The notes beneath the pieces are model-generated. The model was not told where the DNA came from. It saw only the letters and a program-made list of their open reading frames with translations, and made no database searches. The position numbers were made by a program, and so were the translations under genes. From a virus, in IMG/VR virus record IMGVR_UViG_3300032268_000694, positions 55,276-119,275 of that record: 64,000 bases of DNA; one strand, written 5' to 3'. Position 1 is the stretch's first letter, and each line of letters opens with the position of its first letter. Below are positions 48,683 to 58,928 of this stretch, piece after piece.

Positions 48683-49173
48683 TGAAAGTACCATCAAACA
48701 TAATACAAACAGACAAATATACCTCAGGGAATGAGTTTGTAGAAGAAAAGACAAATAAACCATACCAAGGGTATTATTATGAATTAAATGGCTCCTTATA
48801 TACAGGTAAAGAATATAGTATAGATGCTATTAAAATAATAAAAAAACAAGACCAAAATCAACTATATAATAGCAGCAATACAGCTTTATTTTCACTTGTA
48901 TCCGGTATTACATCACAACAATTAATCCCAGCAGTAGTAAAAGGAATTCCATTTAGCGATGATTCACCCCATGGAGAAGATCTTTCTTTTTATAGTAGGC
49001 AATTAAATATTAATCCTATCATTATTAAGAGTCTCGATGAGAAAACTTATATTTCTCTTCAAGGAAATCCTCTATACAAAACAACCTTTATAGGAAACTA
49101 TAATGGTGTTAATCAAAACCTAGATCAAGCAGATACTCAAATCCCAGGTCTAAAGACTTTTTTGGGAGGCTAA
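48682..49173 (+). CDS. Hypothetical baseplate-associated protein
   Basis: YTSG.EF.....PYQGYY; coupled by TAATG. Confidence 0.6.
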   Translation: MKVPSNIIQTDKYTSGNEFVEEKTNKPYQGYYYELNGSLYTGKEYSIDAIKIIKKQDQNQLYNSSNTALFSLVSGITSQQLIPAVVKGIPFSDDSPHGEDLSFYSRQLNINPIIIKSLDEKTYISLQGNPLYKTTFIGNYNGVNQNLDQADTQIPGLKTFLGG

Positions 49174-49191
49174 AATTTGGTCTTATATTTC
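49161..49191 (+). promoter_or_regulatory. Bacteroidota-type promoter upstream of the replication genes (TTTG-N19-TATATTTC)
   Basis: Spacing and elements match the host primary-sigma consensus. Confidence 0.45.
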
Positions 49192-49207
49192 GTCAAATAA
49201 AAAGGTT

Positions 49208-50491
49208 ATGTTTTACATTATTGAACGCTCAGACCAGCTAGAAAAGCTGGGTAGTTTTGGGGACTGTTTCGTCAGCTTCATCCCCAAAAACAACAAATAC
49301 CATCCATCATTAACTGATTTAAGCTTAGTTTACGTTAGGGATCTTATAAGAACTAAAGGATTTATACTGTGTATTAATCACAGTGAATCGTTTGGTTTAA
49401 GTAAAGAAGATGTTGAGTGGTGGTTAGTTAATAACACACAAAAGATGTGGGTGTTAGATAAGAAAGAAGCACTGTATTATTTTAACAAACCACACAAATT
49501 ATTTGATGTAAATTTCATCAAACACATCCACAAAATCCCAACTAACTGTAGTGAATTTTACTACACTAAGCATTATTCTTTACCTAATGTTAATTGTCTA
49601 ATACCAATCAGCAAACATTATGAAGAGTGGGAAAATACATTCAGCGAGGTATTACCACTGATCCAATCATTCACACCAAATGATCAATTTACCTTTAACA
49701 ATGAGCGTACAACTAATGTATTTTATCAGCTCGAATCAAATGGTATAAAGCTCAATAAAAATTGCTTCATCGACTATTACCAAGGTAAATTACCCCACCC
49801 AGAATTCAATTTATCTCGCGGAAAAATATACACACATTACAATCTGTATACAACAACATCGCGTCCATCTAACACATTTAACAGCGTTAATTTCGCAGCA
49901 TTAAATAAAGATGATGGTGAGCGCATGTGTTATATGCCTGAAAATGATATGTTTGTTGAAATGGATTTCCAAGGTTATCATCCACGTCTAATTGGTGAAA
50001 TGGTTAATTGGCATTTCCCTAAAGACAAAAACACATATGAATTATTAGGTCAGTTATTAAATGTATCACAGCAAGACGCTAAAGAATTAACATTCAAACA
50101 GTTGTATGGTGGTGTGTGGAGTGAATATCAAAACAAACCATTCTTTAAGGATGTAAATATGTTTATTGATGATATGTGGAGTACGTACCAATATGGAAAG
50201 TGCTATGAGACGGAAAACAGAATATTTATACCTGACGATGATATGACTCAAGCTAAATTATTCAACTATATAGTGCAGAGTAAAGAAACGTCAACCAACG
50301 TTGAATTATTAGAAAAGGTACTTGATTATTTAAAAGGTAAAAAAACTAAAATAGTATTATACACGTATGACGCGTTTCTATTTGATTATAGCAAAGAAGA
50401 TGGCGACATATTGCAAGATATAGTAAACATGCTGGGATATCCAGTAACTATTAAGCAAGGAAATACATATCATGGTTTAACCAAAATATAA
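49208..50491 (+). CDS. Short family A DNA polymerase-like protein
   Basis: TTTSRPSN....NF (TGRLS-like), motif A DFQGYHPRL, motif B AKELTFKQLYG, NY..QS and motif C LYTYDAFLFD. Confidence 0.75.
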   Translation: MFYIIERSDQLEKLGSFGDCFVSFIPKNNKYHPSLTDLSLVYVRDLIRTKGFILCINHSESFGLSKEDVEWWLVNNTQKMWVLDKKEALYYFNKPHKLFDVNFIKHIHKIPTNCSEFYYTKHYSLPNVNCLIPISKHYEEWENTFSEVLPLIQSFTPNDQFTFNNERTTNVFYQLESNGIKLNKNCFIDYYQGKLPHPEFNLSRGKIYTHYNLYTTTSRPSNTFNSVNFAALNKDDGERMCYMPENDMFVEMDFQGYHPRLIGEMVNWHFPKDKNTYELLGQLLNVSQQDAKELTFKQLYGGVWSEYQNKPFFKDVNMFIDDMWSTYQYGKCYETENRIFIPDDDMTQAKLFNYIVQSKETSTNVELLEKVLDYLKGKKTKIVLYTYDAFLFDYSKEDGDILQDIVNMLGYPVTIKQGNTYHGLTKI

Positions 50492-50497
50492 ATATTT

Positions 50498-50920
50498 ATG
50501 ACAGACAATATATTTTTCGATTTGAACAAATTATTCTGCACATTTACTAAGTCCGAAAATTTAGAAGCTACTGTTTCTACAATTAATCGTCGTCATGCAA
50601 TCTTATATAATAAGATCTTCATTCTTGAGTCACCTCAGAGTGATGAATTAATGTGCACATACAATATAGATATGGGTAATTCAGCTAACGAACCATTACC
50701 AAGTACCATATTATTACACCGCAAGAAAGAATCAAACACACTATACACAATCAACGCATTAAACGCTTTAATTAAAGAATTGAATGGTGGTGTTTTAGAT
50801 ACTAAATTTATAGTAAACTGGCACGACTACAAAAACAGTATACTACTTACTAATGGTAATAGCCCTGAGCTACGTAGATTAGACACATCTATTTATAAGA
50901 TTATAGATCTTAACAAATAG
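50498..50920 (+). CDS. Hypothetical replication-module protein
   Basis: 140 aa between PolA and SSB; LHRKKESNTLYTINALN. Confidence 0.6.
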   Translation: MTDNIFFDLNKLFCTFTKSENLEATVSTINRRHAILYNKIFILESPQSDELMCTYNIDMGNSANEPLPSTILLHRKKESNTLYTINALNALIKELNGGVLDTKFIVNWHDYKNSILLTNGNSPELRRLDTSIYKIIDLNK

Positions 50921-50952
50921 TTTGGCTGTCTAAATAAATTTTCATACATTCA
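50921..50952 (+). promoter_or_regulatory. Bacteroidota-type promoter upstream of SSB (TTTG-N20-TACATTCA)
   Basis: TTTG at 50921-50924 and a -7-like element at 50945-50952. Confidence 0.5.
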
Positions 50953-50970
50953 AGTCTAAATAAAACAGTT

Positions 50971-51801
50971 ATGGATTTAAATCTGGCAAAGCAGAAGTTA
51001 GCCGCTGCACAAAACAAAGGTGGTCAACAAAGAGAAAGAATTGACTACACTAAAATTTTCTTTAAACCAAAACCAGGTAAGTACCAAGTACGAATTTTAC
51101 CTTCAGCGTATGATAAGGCATGGCCTATCCGCGAAGTACAATTCCACTATGGTTTCTCAAAAGGACCAATCTTGGCTTTATCAAATTGGGGTGAAGCAGA
51201 TCCAATTGCGGATTTTGCAAAAACCCTTCGTAAATCATCTGATAGAGAAGATTGGCAATTAGCTAAAAAAATCGAGCCAAAATCTCGTTATTTTGCAGCT
51301 GTAGTAGTACGTGGTGAAGAACACTTAGGTGCTCGCTTATGGGAATTTGGTAAATTAACAAACGATCAATTATTAGGTATTGCTGCTGATGAAGATTATG
51401 GTGATTATACCGACATCACAGACGGTAGAGACTTTACTATTGATGCTGTTGAAGATGTTATTGCTGGTAGAAAGGGTATTAAATGTAACCTTCGTATCAA
51501 GCCAAAAACAACTCCAATCTCTGAAGATGCAGCGTTAGTAGAAAAAGTACTTAACGAGCAACCTGATATTTTATCAATTAATCGTAGATATACTTACGAT
51601 GCTTTAAAAGACATCTTGACTAAATGGTTAAATCCTGAAGATGAAGCTGCTACTGAAGCTCCAATCGCATCTAAAGATGCAGATGAGGAAGATGATTTCT
51701 TAACAGAAATGAACAAACCAGTAACACCAACTTACTCTTTAGAAACTCCTGCAGCTAAAACTAGCAATGCAGATAAATTTAACGATCTATTCAACGACTA
51801 A
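50971..51801 (+). CDS. Single-stranded DNA-binding protein (T4 gp32-like)
   Basis: FFKP..G...VRILP, DPI, W.FG, TD...GRD and acidic C-terminus ending FNDLFND. Confidence 0.8.
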   Translation: MDLNLAKQKLAAAQNKGGQQRERIDYTKIFFKPKPGKYQVRILPSAYDKAWPIREVQFHYGFSKGPILALSNWGEADPIADFAKTLRKSSDREDWQLAKKIEPKSRYFAAVVVRGEEHLGARLWEFGKLTNDQLLGIAADEDYGDYTDITDGRDFTIDAVEDVIAGRKGIKCNLRIKPKTTPISEDAALVEKVLNEQPDILSINRRYTYDALKDILTKWLNPEDEAATEAPIASKDADEEDDFLTEMNKPVTPTYSLETPAAKTSNADKFNDLFND

Positions 51802-51803
51802 TT

Positions 51804-52886
51804 ATGGCAAAAAGTAAAGACAGCTTAACGACTGTAGTATCAGAATCGTTAAAAAAATCATTTAACATTGATGCGTTTAAGAAATCTAAATTCTTAGATC
51901 AATCTGTTAAATTTAAACCTCAAAGATGGATTAAACTGTCTGAAGCTTTCCAAGATATCATTTCATTACCTGGTATTCCGATGGGCCACATAAGTTTATT
52001 ACGTGGTCACTCGGACACTGGTAAAACAACAGCAATGTTAGAGGCAGCAGTAGCAGCCCAAAAAATGGGTGTACTACCTGTCTTTATCATTACTGAAATG
52101 AAATGGAATTGGGAACACGCTCAACAAATGGGTTTTGAAATGGAACCTGTAGTTGACACTGAAACAGGTGAAATTGTAGATTATAAAGGTTTCTTCTTAT
52201 ACATTGATAGAGGATCATTAAATACAATTGAAGATGTAGCAGCATTTATTGCCGATTTATTAAGCGAACAAGCAGCAGGTAAATTACCATTTGACTTATG
52301 TTTCTTCTGGGATTCTGTAGGGTCAATCCCTTGTAGATTATCAGTTGAATCTAATAAGAATAATAATGAGTGGAACGCTGGAGCTATGTCTCAACAATTT
52401 GGTAACTTTATCAATCAGAAGGTTATCTTATCTCGCAAAGAAAATCAACCATATACAAATACATTTGTAGCTGTAAATAAGGTGTGGGTTGCAAAACCAA
52501 ATTCACCTATGGAACAACCTAAAATGAAAAATAAAGGTGGTGATACAATGTTCTTTGATGCATCACTTGTAGTAACATTTGGTAATATTTCAAACAGTGG
52601 TACTAGTAAGATTAAAGCAACTAAAGACGGTAAAGACGTTGAATTTGCTAAACGCACTAAAATATCAGTTGATAAAAACCACGTTACGGGTGTTCAAACA
52701 AAAGGTACTGTTACAATGACAGTTCACGGTTTCATTGCTGACGATAAGAAAGCAATTGACCTATATAAGAAAGAACATTCTAAAGATTGGTTACAAATTC
52801 TAGGTTCAGAAGACTTCGATGTAATTGAAGAAGATGAAATGCAAGAAAATTTTAAAGAAATAAATCTAGTAGATGTCGAAGAGTAA
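51804..52886 (+). CDS. RecA/UvsX-like recombinase
   Basis: GIPMGHI..L.GHSDTGKT Walker A; FFWDSVG Walker B; KGG. Confidence 0.85.
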   Translation: MAKSKDSLTTVVSESLKKSFNIDAFKKSKFLDQSVKFKPQRWIKLSEAFQDIISLPGIPMGHISLLRGHSDTGKTTAMLEAAVAAQKMGVLPVFIITEMKWNWEHAQQMGFEMEPVVDTETGEIVDYKGFFLYIDRGSLNTIEDVAAFIADLLSEQAAGKLPFDLCFFWDSVGSIPCRLSVESNKNNNEWNAGAMSQQFGNFINQKVILSRKENQPYTNTFVAVNKVWVAKPNSPMEQPKMKNKGGDTMFFDASLVVTFGNISNSGTSKIKATKDGKDVEFAKRTKISVDKNHVTGVQTKGTVTMTVHGFIADDKKAIDLYKKEHSKDWLQILGSEDFDVIEEDEMQENFKEINLVDVEE

Positions 52887-53901
52887 ATATGAACAATTAC
52901 TCACTAACGTACAACCAGATATCAGAAAAGAACTAAGCTCAATTTTAATCATAGACGGCCTCAATACATTCTTGAGGTCGTTTACTATGATTAATCATAT
53001 AAATCCAGATGGACATCACATCGGCGGACTCACTGGCTTTTTAAAGTCAATAGGTTATGCTATCAGAATGGCTGATCCAACTAAAGTAGTTATTGTATTT
53101 GATGGTGTAGGTGGTTCAAACGCTAGGAGAAATCTGTTCCCAGCATATAAAGCAAATCGTAATGTTAATCGCATGACGAATTATTCCATCTTTCAGTCTA
53201 AAGCTGAAGAACAGGAAAGTATTAACAATCAAATGGAGCGCTTAATCCAATATCTTAAGTGTTTACCTGTTACTGTAGTTAGTATTGATGGATTAGAGGC
53301 AGATGACATTATTGGTTATCTAGCTACTAAATTTGAGGCGCATGAAGATACTCAAAAAGTAACTATCATGTCTGCTGATAAAGACTTCCTACAATTAGTA
53401 ACGGATAAAGTACATTGCTATTCTCCTACCAAGAAGAAAGTATATACACCAAAAGACGTACTAGAAGAATTTGGAGTTACAAGTCAAAACTTCCTTAACT
53501 ATAAGGTGTTAATGGGAGATTCAAGTGATAATATCCCTGGCGTTAGTGGATTAGGACCTAAAAAACTATTTAAACTATTTCCAGAATTAGCAATGGACGC
53601 TCAATTAACAGTGGAGGGTATTATTACTAAAGCAGCAGAAAACATCAACGAAAATAAACTATATTTATCTGTTGTAGAAAGACGCCACCAATTATTTATT
53701 AATCATCAGTTGATGTCTTTGAATGGTAGTTTCTTATCACCAGAGAATAAACAATTAGTTAAAGACGCATTTACCAATTCTTATGAATTAAATATGCCGA
53801 TATTCCTTCAATTATATCATAATGATAAATTAGGTGAATCAATTCCTAATGTACAATCTTGGCTCACACAATTGTTTGGTTATCCAAATTCTTTCAAATA
53901 A
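52873..53901 (+). CDS. 5'-3' exonuclease / RNase H (FEN-like)
   Basis: LIIDGLN, VFDG, YKANR, EADDIIG, SADKDFLQL and GDSSDNIPGV.GLGPK. Confidence 0.92.
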   Translation: MSKSKYEQLLTNVQPDIRKELSSILIIDGLNTFLRSFTMINHINPDGHHIGGLTGFLKSIGYAIRMADPTKVVIVFDGVGGSNARRNLFPAYKANRNVNRMTNYSIFQSKAEEQESINNQMERLIQYLKCLPVTVVSIDGLEADDIIGYLATKFEAHEDTQKVTIMSADKDFLQLVTDKVHCYSPTKKKVYTPKDVLEEFGVTSQNFLNYKVLMGDSSDNIPGVSGLGPKKLFKLFPELAMDAQLTVEGIITKAAENINENKLYLSVVERRHQLFINHQLMSLNGSFLSPENKQLVKDAFTNSYELNMPIFLQLYHNDKLGESIPNVQSWLTQLFGYPNSFK

Positions 53902-53910
53902 ATTTAGGTT

Positions 53911-54078
53911 ATGAAATTTAAATTAATGCAGTATAGATGGTATCGTAGATGGAAAGGAGGTTCTTATTATTTTATTTATAATTGGATTACATTACCTTTT
54001 TGGTCAGATAAATTAATAACAAGTTGTGGAGGTAGAGCAATAGAAGAGGAACATTATATTAAAAAAACAAATAAATAG
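53911..54078 (+). CDS. Small hypothetical protein (55 aa)
   Basis: Read from sequence: MKFKLMQYRWYRRWKGG...IKKTNK*. Confidence 0.5.
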   Translation: MKFKLMQYRWYRRWKGGSYYFIYNWITLPFWSDKLITSCGGRAIEEEHYIKKTNK

Positions 54079-54086
54079 GTTATACA

Positions 54087-55463
54087 TTGACAACATTACA
54101 AAAATTATCAACATACGGACCAGTATTCCAAGTAAAAGTATTAGGAGCTCTACTTACACAGAGACAATTCCTTATCAATATTATAGATTCATTAGATGGA
54201 GAATATTTTGAATCGTCTGCCCATAAATGGGTTGTAGAATATGTTCAAAAATACTTTAGTGAGTATCACACAACACCAACTGTAGAGACATTATCTATTG
54301 AAGTAAAGAAGATTGAAAACGAAGTATTAAGAATATCAATCGCTGAGGCACTAAGAGAAGCATATAAAATGTCTGATCAAAGTGATCTAGAATGGGTTGA
54401 AAATGAATTTAGTACTTTCTGTCGCAATCAGCAAGTTAAAAAAGCAATCTTAAATTCAGTTTCATTACTTGAAATGAATGATTTTGAAAGCATCTTACAA
54501 CTAATTAGTAAAGCAGTTAATGCAGGTGAAGATAAAACAATAGGATTAGATTATAACTTAGATATCGAAGCTAGATACCGTGAAGATGATAGAAACTGCA
54601 TTCCATTTCCATGGCCTGTATTTAACGAAATGACACAAGGTGGTTATGGTAAAGGTGATTTAGTATTAGTATTTGGTAATCCTGGAGGTGGTAAGTCATG
54701 GGCTATTACGGCAATGGGAGCTTATGCCGCAGCATTAGGATATAATGTAGTACATTATTCACTTGAATTAGGCGAAGGTTATGTTGGTAAAAGATACGAT
54801 GCTGTATTTTCGGGTATTGAAGTTGATAAATTACATTTACACCGTAAAGAGGTTGATGAAATTGTAGGTAAAGTAAAAGGTAAGGTTATTATTAAAGAAT
54901 ACCCACCTAAGAGAGCATCATTCGATACGATTGAAGCACACTTACAACAACTAGAACACCAAAATGACTTTAAACCAGATTTAATTATCATTGATTATCT
55001 AGATTACATGCGTACACGCTCTAGAAAAGAACGTAAAGAAGAAATTGATGACGTTTATGTTGCTGCTAAAGCGTTTGCTAAAGAAAAAGGCATACCTGTA
55101 GTATCACCATCGCAAGCAAATAGAGGTGCTGCAAAATCAGATATCATTGAAGGTGATAACGCAGCAGGTTCATATGAAAAAATTATGATTGGTGATATTA
55201 TATTATCATTAGCACGTAAGCGTAAAGATAAAATTGAAGGAACTGGTAATTGGCATATCATGAAAAATAGATATGGTGCTGATGGTATGACATTTAGATC
55301 CAGAATAAATACATCAAATGGATATATTGATATAGACCAAAACCCAGTTGATGATGATGATATTGAAATAGGTTCGCAAAATAAAGCTGTAAACGATTTT
55401 TCTAGTGTAGGTGTTGAAGAAAGACAAATGCTTAATAAGAAGTTTTTTAAGCTTGAAAACTAA
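54087..55463 (+). CDS. Replicative DnaB-like helicase (T4 gp41-like)
   Basis: TTG start; GNPGGGKS Walker A, SLEL, IIIDYLD, SQANR and KNRYG.DG. Confidence 0.92.
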   Translation: MTTLQKLSTYGPVFQVKVLGALLTQRQFLINIIDSLDGEYFESSAHKWVVEYVQKYFSEYHTTPTVETLSIEVKKIENEVLRISIAEALREAYKMSDQSDLEWVENEFSTFCRNQQVKKAILNSVSLLEMNDFESILQLISKAVNAGEDKTIGLDYNLDIEARYREDDRNCIPFPWPVFNEMTQGGYGKGDLVLVFGNPGGGKSWAITAMGAYAAALGYNVVHYSLELGEGYVGKRYDAVFSGIEVDKLHLHRKEVDEIVGKVKGKVIIKEYPPKRASFDTIEAHLQQLEHQNDFKPDLIIIDYLDYMRTRSRKERKEEIDDVYVAAKAFAKEKGIPVVSPSQANRGAAKSDIIEGDNAAGSYEKIMIGDIILSLARKRKDKIEGTGNWHIMKNRYGADGMTFRSRINTSNGYIDIDQNPVDDDDIEIGSQNKAVNDFSSVGVEERQMLNKKFFKLEN

Positions 55464-55504
55464 TTAAGGTATATACTATATTTATAAATACAACAATAAA
55501 AATT

Positions 55505-55765
55505 ATGATAAAGGTTAAACGATTTACGGCTACATGGTGTGGCCCATGTAAAACTCTTGCTCCTGTATTTGAACAAATACAAGCAAGTTTTCCGGATGTT
55601 ACATTCGAAACAATAGATGTTGATGAAAATGTAGAAGCGGCACAAGAAAATTTTGTAACCTCAATTCCCACCGTTATATTTGAGAAAGACGGAGTAGCAA
55701 AACAACGTTTTACTGGTGCTCAACCAAAGTCTATATATGTAGATACTATTAACTCACTAAAATAA
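55505..55765 (+). CDS. trxA: Thioredoxin
   Basis: WCGPC active site; IDVDE; SIPT. Confidence 0.92.
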   Translation: MIKVKRFTATWCGPCKTLAPVFEQIQASFPDVTFETIDVDENVEAAQENFVTSIPTVIFEKDGVAKQRFTGAQPKSIYVDTINSLK

Positions 55766-55779
55766 AAAATTAAAAGAAA

Positions 55780-57630
55780 ATGGATGTAACACAAGAGATT
55801 CTTAGCGAAATTACCACGTATATGAAGTACGCTAAGTATGTGCCTGAATTGAAAAGAAGAGAAACATGGGAAGAATTAGTTACGAGAAACAAAGAAATGC
55901 ATCAAACTAAATTTCCACAACTAAAAAATGAAATCGAAGAAGCTTATAGATTGGTCTACGCTAAAAAGGTTTTACCATCAATGCGTAGTTTACAGTTCGC
56001 GGGTAAGCCCATTGAACTTAATAATTCTCGCATATTTAATTGCTCTTTTCTTCCTATTGATGATTGGAGAGCCTTCAGCGAAATAATGTTCTTATTATTG
56101 AGCGGCTGCGGAGTTGGCTACTCAGTACAAACACATCACGTAGATCAACTACCAGAAATTAAAGTACCAACGAAACAAAAAAGATACCTAATAGGCGACA
56201 GTATTGAAGGATGGGCAGACGCTGTGAGAATGCTTTGTAAAGCGTATTTTACGGGTGCTCCTTTGCCTTTATTCGACTTTAGAGACATTAGAGCTAAAGG
56301 TGCTCAGTTGATCACTGTAGGTGGTAAAGCACCTGGTCCTGAACCATTGAAAGAATGTTTATTCAACTTACAAAAAGTATTTGATCGCAAACAAAACGGT
56401 GATAGATTAACATCAATTGATGCTCATGATATGGCTTGTCATATTGCAGATGCAGTATTATCTGGTGGTATCAGACGTGCAGCATTAATCTCATTATTCA
56501 ACTTAGATGATGAAGCAATGTTAACTTGCAAATTTGGTAACTGGTGGGAAGAAAATCCACAAAGAGGACGTGCTAACAACTCTGCAGTTGTAATGCGTCA
56601 CAAAATTGACGAAGAAGAATTCTTCAAATTATGGAAGAAGATTGAATTAAGTGGATCTGGTGAACCAGGTATTTACTTCAGCAACGATAAAGATTGGGGT
56701 ACTAACCCATGTTGTGAAATTGCTTTACGTTCTTATCAATTCTGTAACTTATGTGAAGTAAACGTATCAAACGTTGAATCACAAGAAGATTTAAACGAAA
56801 GAGTACGTGTAGGTGCCTTTATAGGTACATTACAAGCAGCATATACTGACTTCCATTACTTAAGAGATATTTGGAGAAAAACAACTGAAAAAGATGCTTT
56901 ATTAGGTGTTGGTATGACAGGTATTGGTTCTGGAGCTATATTAGCTTACGATTTAAAGAAAGCAGCTGATTTAGCTAAAGAAGAAAATGCAAGAGTAGCT
57001 GAAATCATTGGTGTTAATAAAGCAGCTCGTGTAACTACAGTTAAACCATCAGGTACATCATCATTAGTATTAGGTACGGCATCTGGTATTCATGCTTGGC
57101 ACAATGACTTCTACATTAGACGTATTCGTGTAGGTAAAAATGAAGCTATTTATTCTTACTTAGCAGCAAACCACCCAGAATTAGTTGAAGATGATTTCTT
57201 CAAACCAACAATTCAAGCTGTAATTTCAGTACCACAACGTGCTCCACAAGGATCAATTTTAAGAACTGAAAACGTTATTGATATGTTAGAGCGTGTTAAA
57301 CGTTTCAACGTACAATGGGTTAAGAAAGGTCATAGAAAAGGTGCTAACACAAACAACGTATCTGCTACAGTATCAATTCAAGAAAATGAATGGGAACAAG
57401 TAGGACAGTGGATGTGGGAAAATAGAAATACATTCAATGGTTTATCAGTATTACCTTATTTTGGAGGTAGCTATACACAAGCTCCATTCGAAGATATTAC
57501 TGAAGAAAAATTCAATGAGATGTCACAACACCTACATTCAATTGACTTAAGTAAGGTTGTTGAATTTAGCGATGAAACAGCATTGATGGATCAAGCAGCC
57601 TGTGCTGGAGGTGCTTGTGAAATAGTATAA
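55780..57630 (+). CDS. nrdJ: Class II (adenosylcobalamin-dependent) ribonucleotide reductase
   Basis: RRETWEE, LPSMR, FNC, GCGVG, GGIRR.A, TNPCCEI, VKPSGT and C-terminal CAGGAC; no beta subunit nearby. Confidence 0.9.
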   Translation: MDVTQEILSEITTYMKYAKYVPELKRRETWEELVTRNKEMHQTKFPQLKNEIEEAYRLVYAKKVLPSMRSLQFAGKPIELNNSRIFNCSFLPIDDWRAFSEIMFLLLSGCGVGYSVQTHHVDQLPEIKVPTKQKRYLIGDSIEGWADAVRMLCKAYFTGAPLPLFDFRDIRAKGAQLITVGGKAPGPEPLKECLFNLQKVFDRKQNGDRLTSIDAHDMACHIADAVLSGGIRRAALISLFNLDDEAMLTCKFGNWWEENPQRGRANNSAVVMRHKIDEEEFFKLWKKIELSGSGEPGIYFSNDKDWGTNPCCEIALRSYQFCNLCEVNVSNVESQEDLNERVRVGAFIGTLQAAYTDFHYLRDIWRKTTEKDALLGVGMTGIGSGAILAYDLKKAADLAKEENARVAEIIGVNKAARVTTVKPSGTSSLVLGTASGIHAWHNDFYIRRIRVGKNEAIYSYLAANHPELVEDDFFKPTIQAVISVPQRAPQGSILRTENVIDMLERVKRFNVQWVKKGHRKGANTNNVSATVSIQENEWEQVGQWMWENRNTFNGLSVLPYFGGSYTQAPFEDITEEKFNEMSQHLHSIDLSKVVEFSDETALMDQAACAGGACEIV

Positions 57631-57631
57631 T

Positions 57632-57835
57632 ATGAAACAATATAAAGAAGGTATTGATTACTATATGGAGGGCGAGCGCGTGATTTTCACAGCGCTCGCT
57701 CACATTAATCGTGGATCTTGTTGTGGTAATGGATGTAGGCACTGCCCCTATTCTCCAAGACATGATAGAGGAAATGTGGTATTGGCAGAAAAATTACTTA
57801 AATTTAACCCAAATAAAGAAAATGGACCCAGATAA
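57632..57835 (+). CDS. DUF5522-like Cys-rich small protein
   Basis: DYY......FT...H..RG.CCGNGCRHCPY. Confidence 0.75.
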   Translation: MKQYKEGIDYYMEGERVIFTALAHINRGSCCGNGCRHCPYSPRHDRGNVVLAEKLLKFNPNKENGPR

Positions 57836-57983
57836 AATGCACGAGCGAGTGCTCGAAATACAGAAAAACATATCTGTAGCAACCCCAGAACAACAAACAG
57901 CGATGCTAGGCGAATTGCTTGAAATAGCATCTAAAGTAGAACAATCATTATCTGATATTAAAATTGATATCGATGAAGACTAA
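57822..57983 (+). CDS. Small hypothetical protein (start revised to ATG 57822)
   Basis: MDPDKMHER...; the longer track ORF overlaps the DUF5522-like gene. Confidence 0.5.
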   Translation: MDPDKMHERVLEIQKNISVATPEQQTAMLGELLEIASKVEQSLSDIKIDIDED

Positions 57984-58185
57984 TATAATAGAAGCAATAC
58001 TAATTGTTATTGGTTTAATTATAATAGTAGCTCTACTATTTGGTTTACCATTACAAATACTATGGAATTTACTTATGCCTGAGCTATTCAGCTTACCATA
58101 CATTAGTTTCTGGCAGGCTTGTGGATTAAATCTAATAGCAGGTATCTTGTTTAGATCAAACGTTACAATAAAAAATAAAGATTAA
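57964..58185 (+). CDS. Small membrane protein
   Basis: Hydrophobic; LWN.LMP.LF.LP.ISFWQA.GL motif. Confidence 0.65.
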   Translation: MISMKTNIIEAILIVIGLIIIVALLFGLPLQILWNLLMPELFSLPYISFWQACGLNLIAGILFRSNVTIKNKD

Positions 58186-58186
58186 T

Positions 58187-58648
58187 ATGACAAAGTTTCA
58201 ATCAACAAAGTTGTTTGACGGTTTCAGTACAGTATTCCGTCAATGGAAAGCAGAAGGTACCCATTGTAGATTCCTTCATGGTTATGGTGTTTCATTTAGA
58301 GTATGGTTCGAAGGTGAACTAGATGAACGTAATTGGGTTTGGGATTTTGGTGGTATGAAGCGTGCTGAAGGTAATATTGACGGTATGAACCCTAAAGCAT
58401 GGATGGATTATATGTTTGATCATACTACAATTATAGCTACAGATGATCCTGGTATTAGCGGATTCAGAACAATGAATGAGTTAGGTATTATTCAGTTGAG
58501 AGAACTAGAGGCTGTTGGTGCTGAACAATTTGCTAAATATATATTTGAAAAATTGAACACATTTGTTCGAGAAGAAACTAGCGGTAGAGTTAGTGTTGTG
58601 AGAGTGGAATTCATGGAACACAGCAAAAACACCGCTATATATGAGTAA
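58187..58648 (+). CDS. queD: 6-carboxy-5,6,7,8-tetrahydropterin synthase
   Basis: HC.FLHGY, WVWDFGG.K, FDH, AE..A and V...E...N.A.Y. Confidence 0.88.
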   Translation: MTKFQSTKLFDGFSTVFRQWKAEGTHCRFLHGYGVSFRVWFEGELDERNWVWDFGGMKRAEGNIDGMNPKAWMDYMFDHTTIIATDDPGISGFRTMNELGIIQLRELEAVGAEQFAKYIFEKLNTFVREETSGRVSVVRVEFMEHSKNTAIYE

Positions 58649-58928
58649 AAAACTTGAAAAAAATCTAGAAAAAGCACGTCGCAAAATACTTCGTGAAGAA
58701 TATGAACAACAACATCCTCATTATACTGAAGGTATATGGGAAGCAGCTATGTTAGAAAATAACAGCTACTGGGATGTAGATTATCTTGAAAAAGTAAACG
58801 CTAAAACCAATAAAGGTATTAAATATTGGGAAAAAAGAAAATCTGAAGCCTCAAGTTGGTTAGGAAAATGGTATTGTCAAATTAGAATCGGTAAATTAAA
58901 AGAAAAATTACACCACTATGAAAATTAG
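58641..58928 (+). CDS. Hypothetical protein
   Basis: 95 aa overlapping its neighbours. Confidence 0.55.
   Translation: MSKKLEKNLEKARRKILREEYEQQHPHYTEGIWEAAMLENNSYWDVDYLEKVNAKTNKGIKYWEKRKSEASSWLGKWYCQIRIGKLKEKLHHYEN

Noticed and set aside
57711-57821. N-terminal extension of ORF 57711-57983
   Set aside because: It overlaps the DUF5522-like gene; ATG 57822 is the more plausible start.
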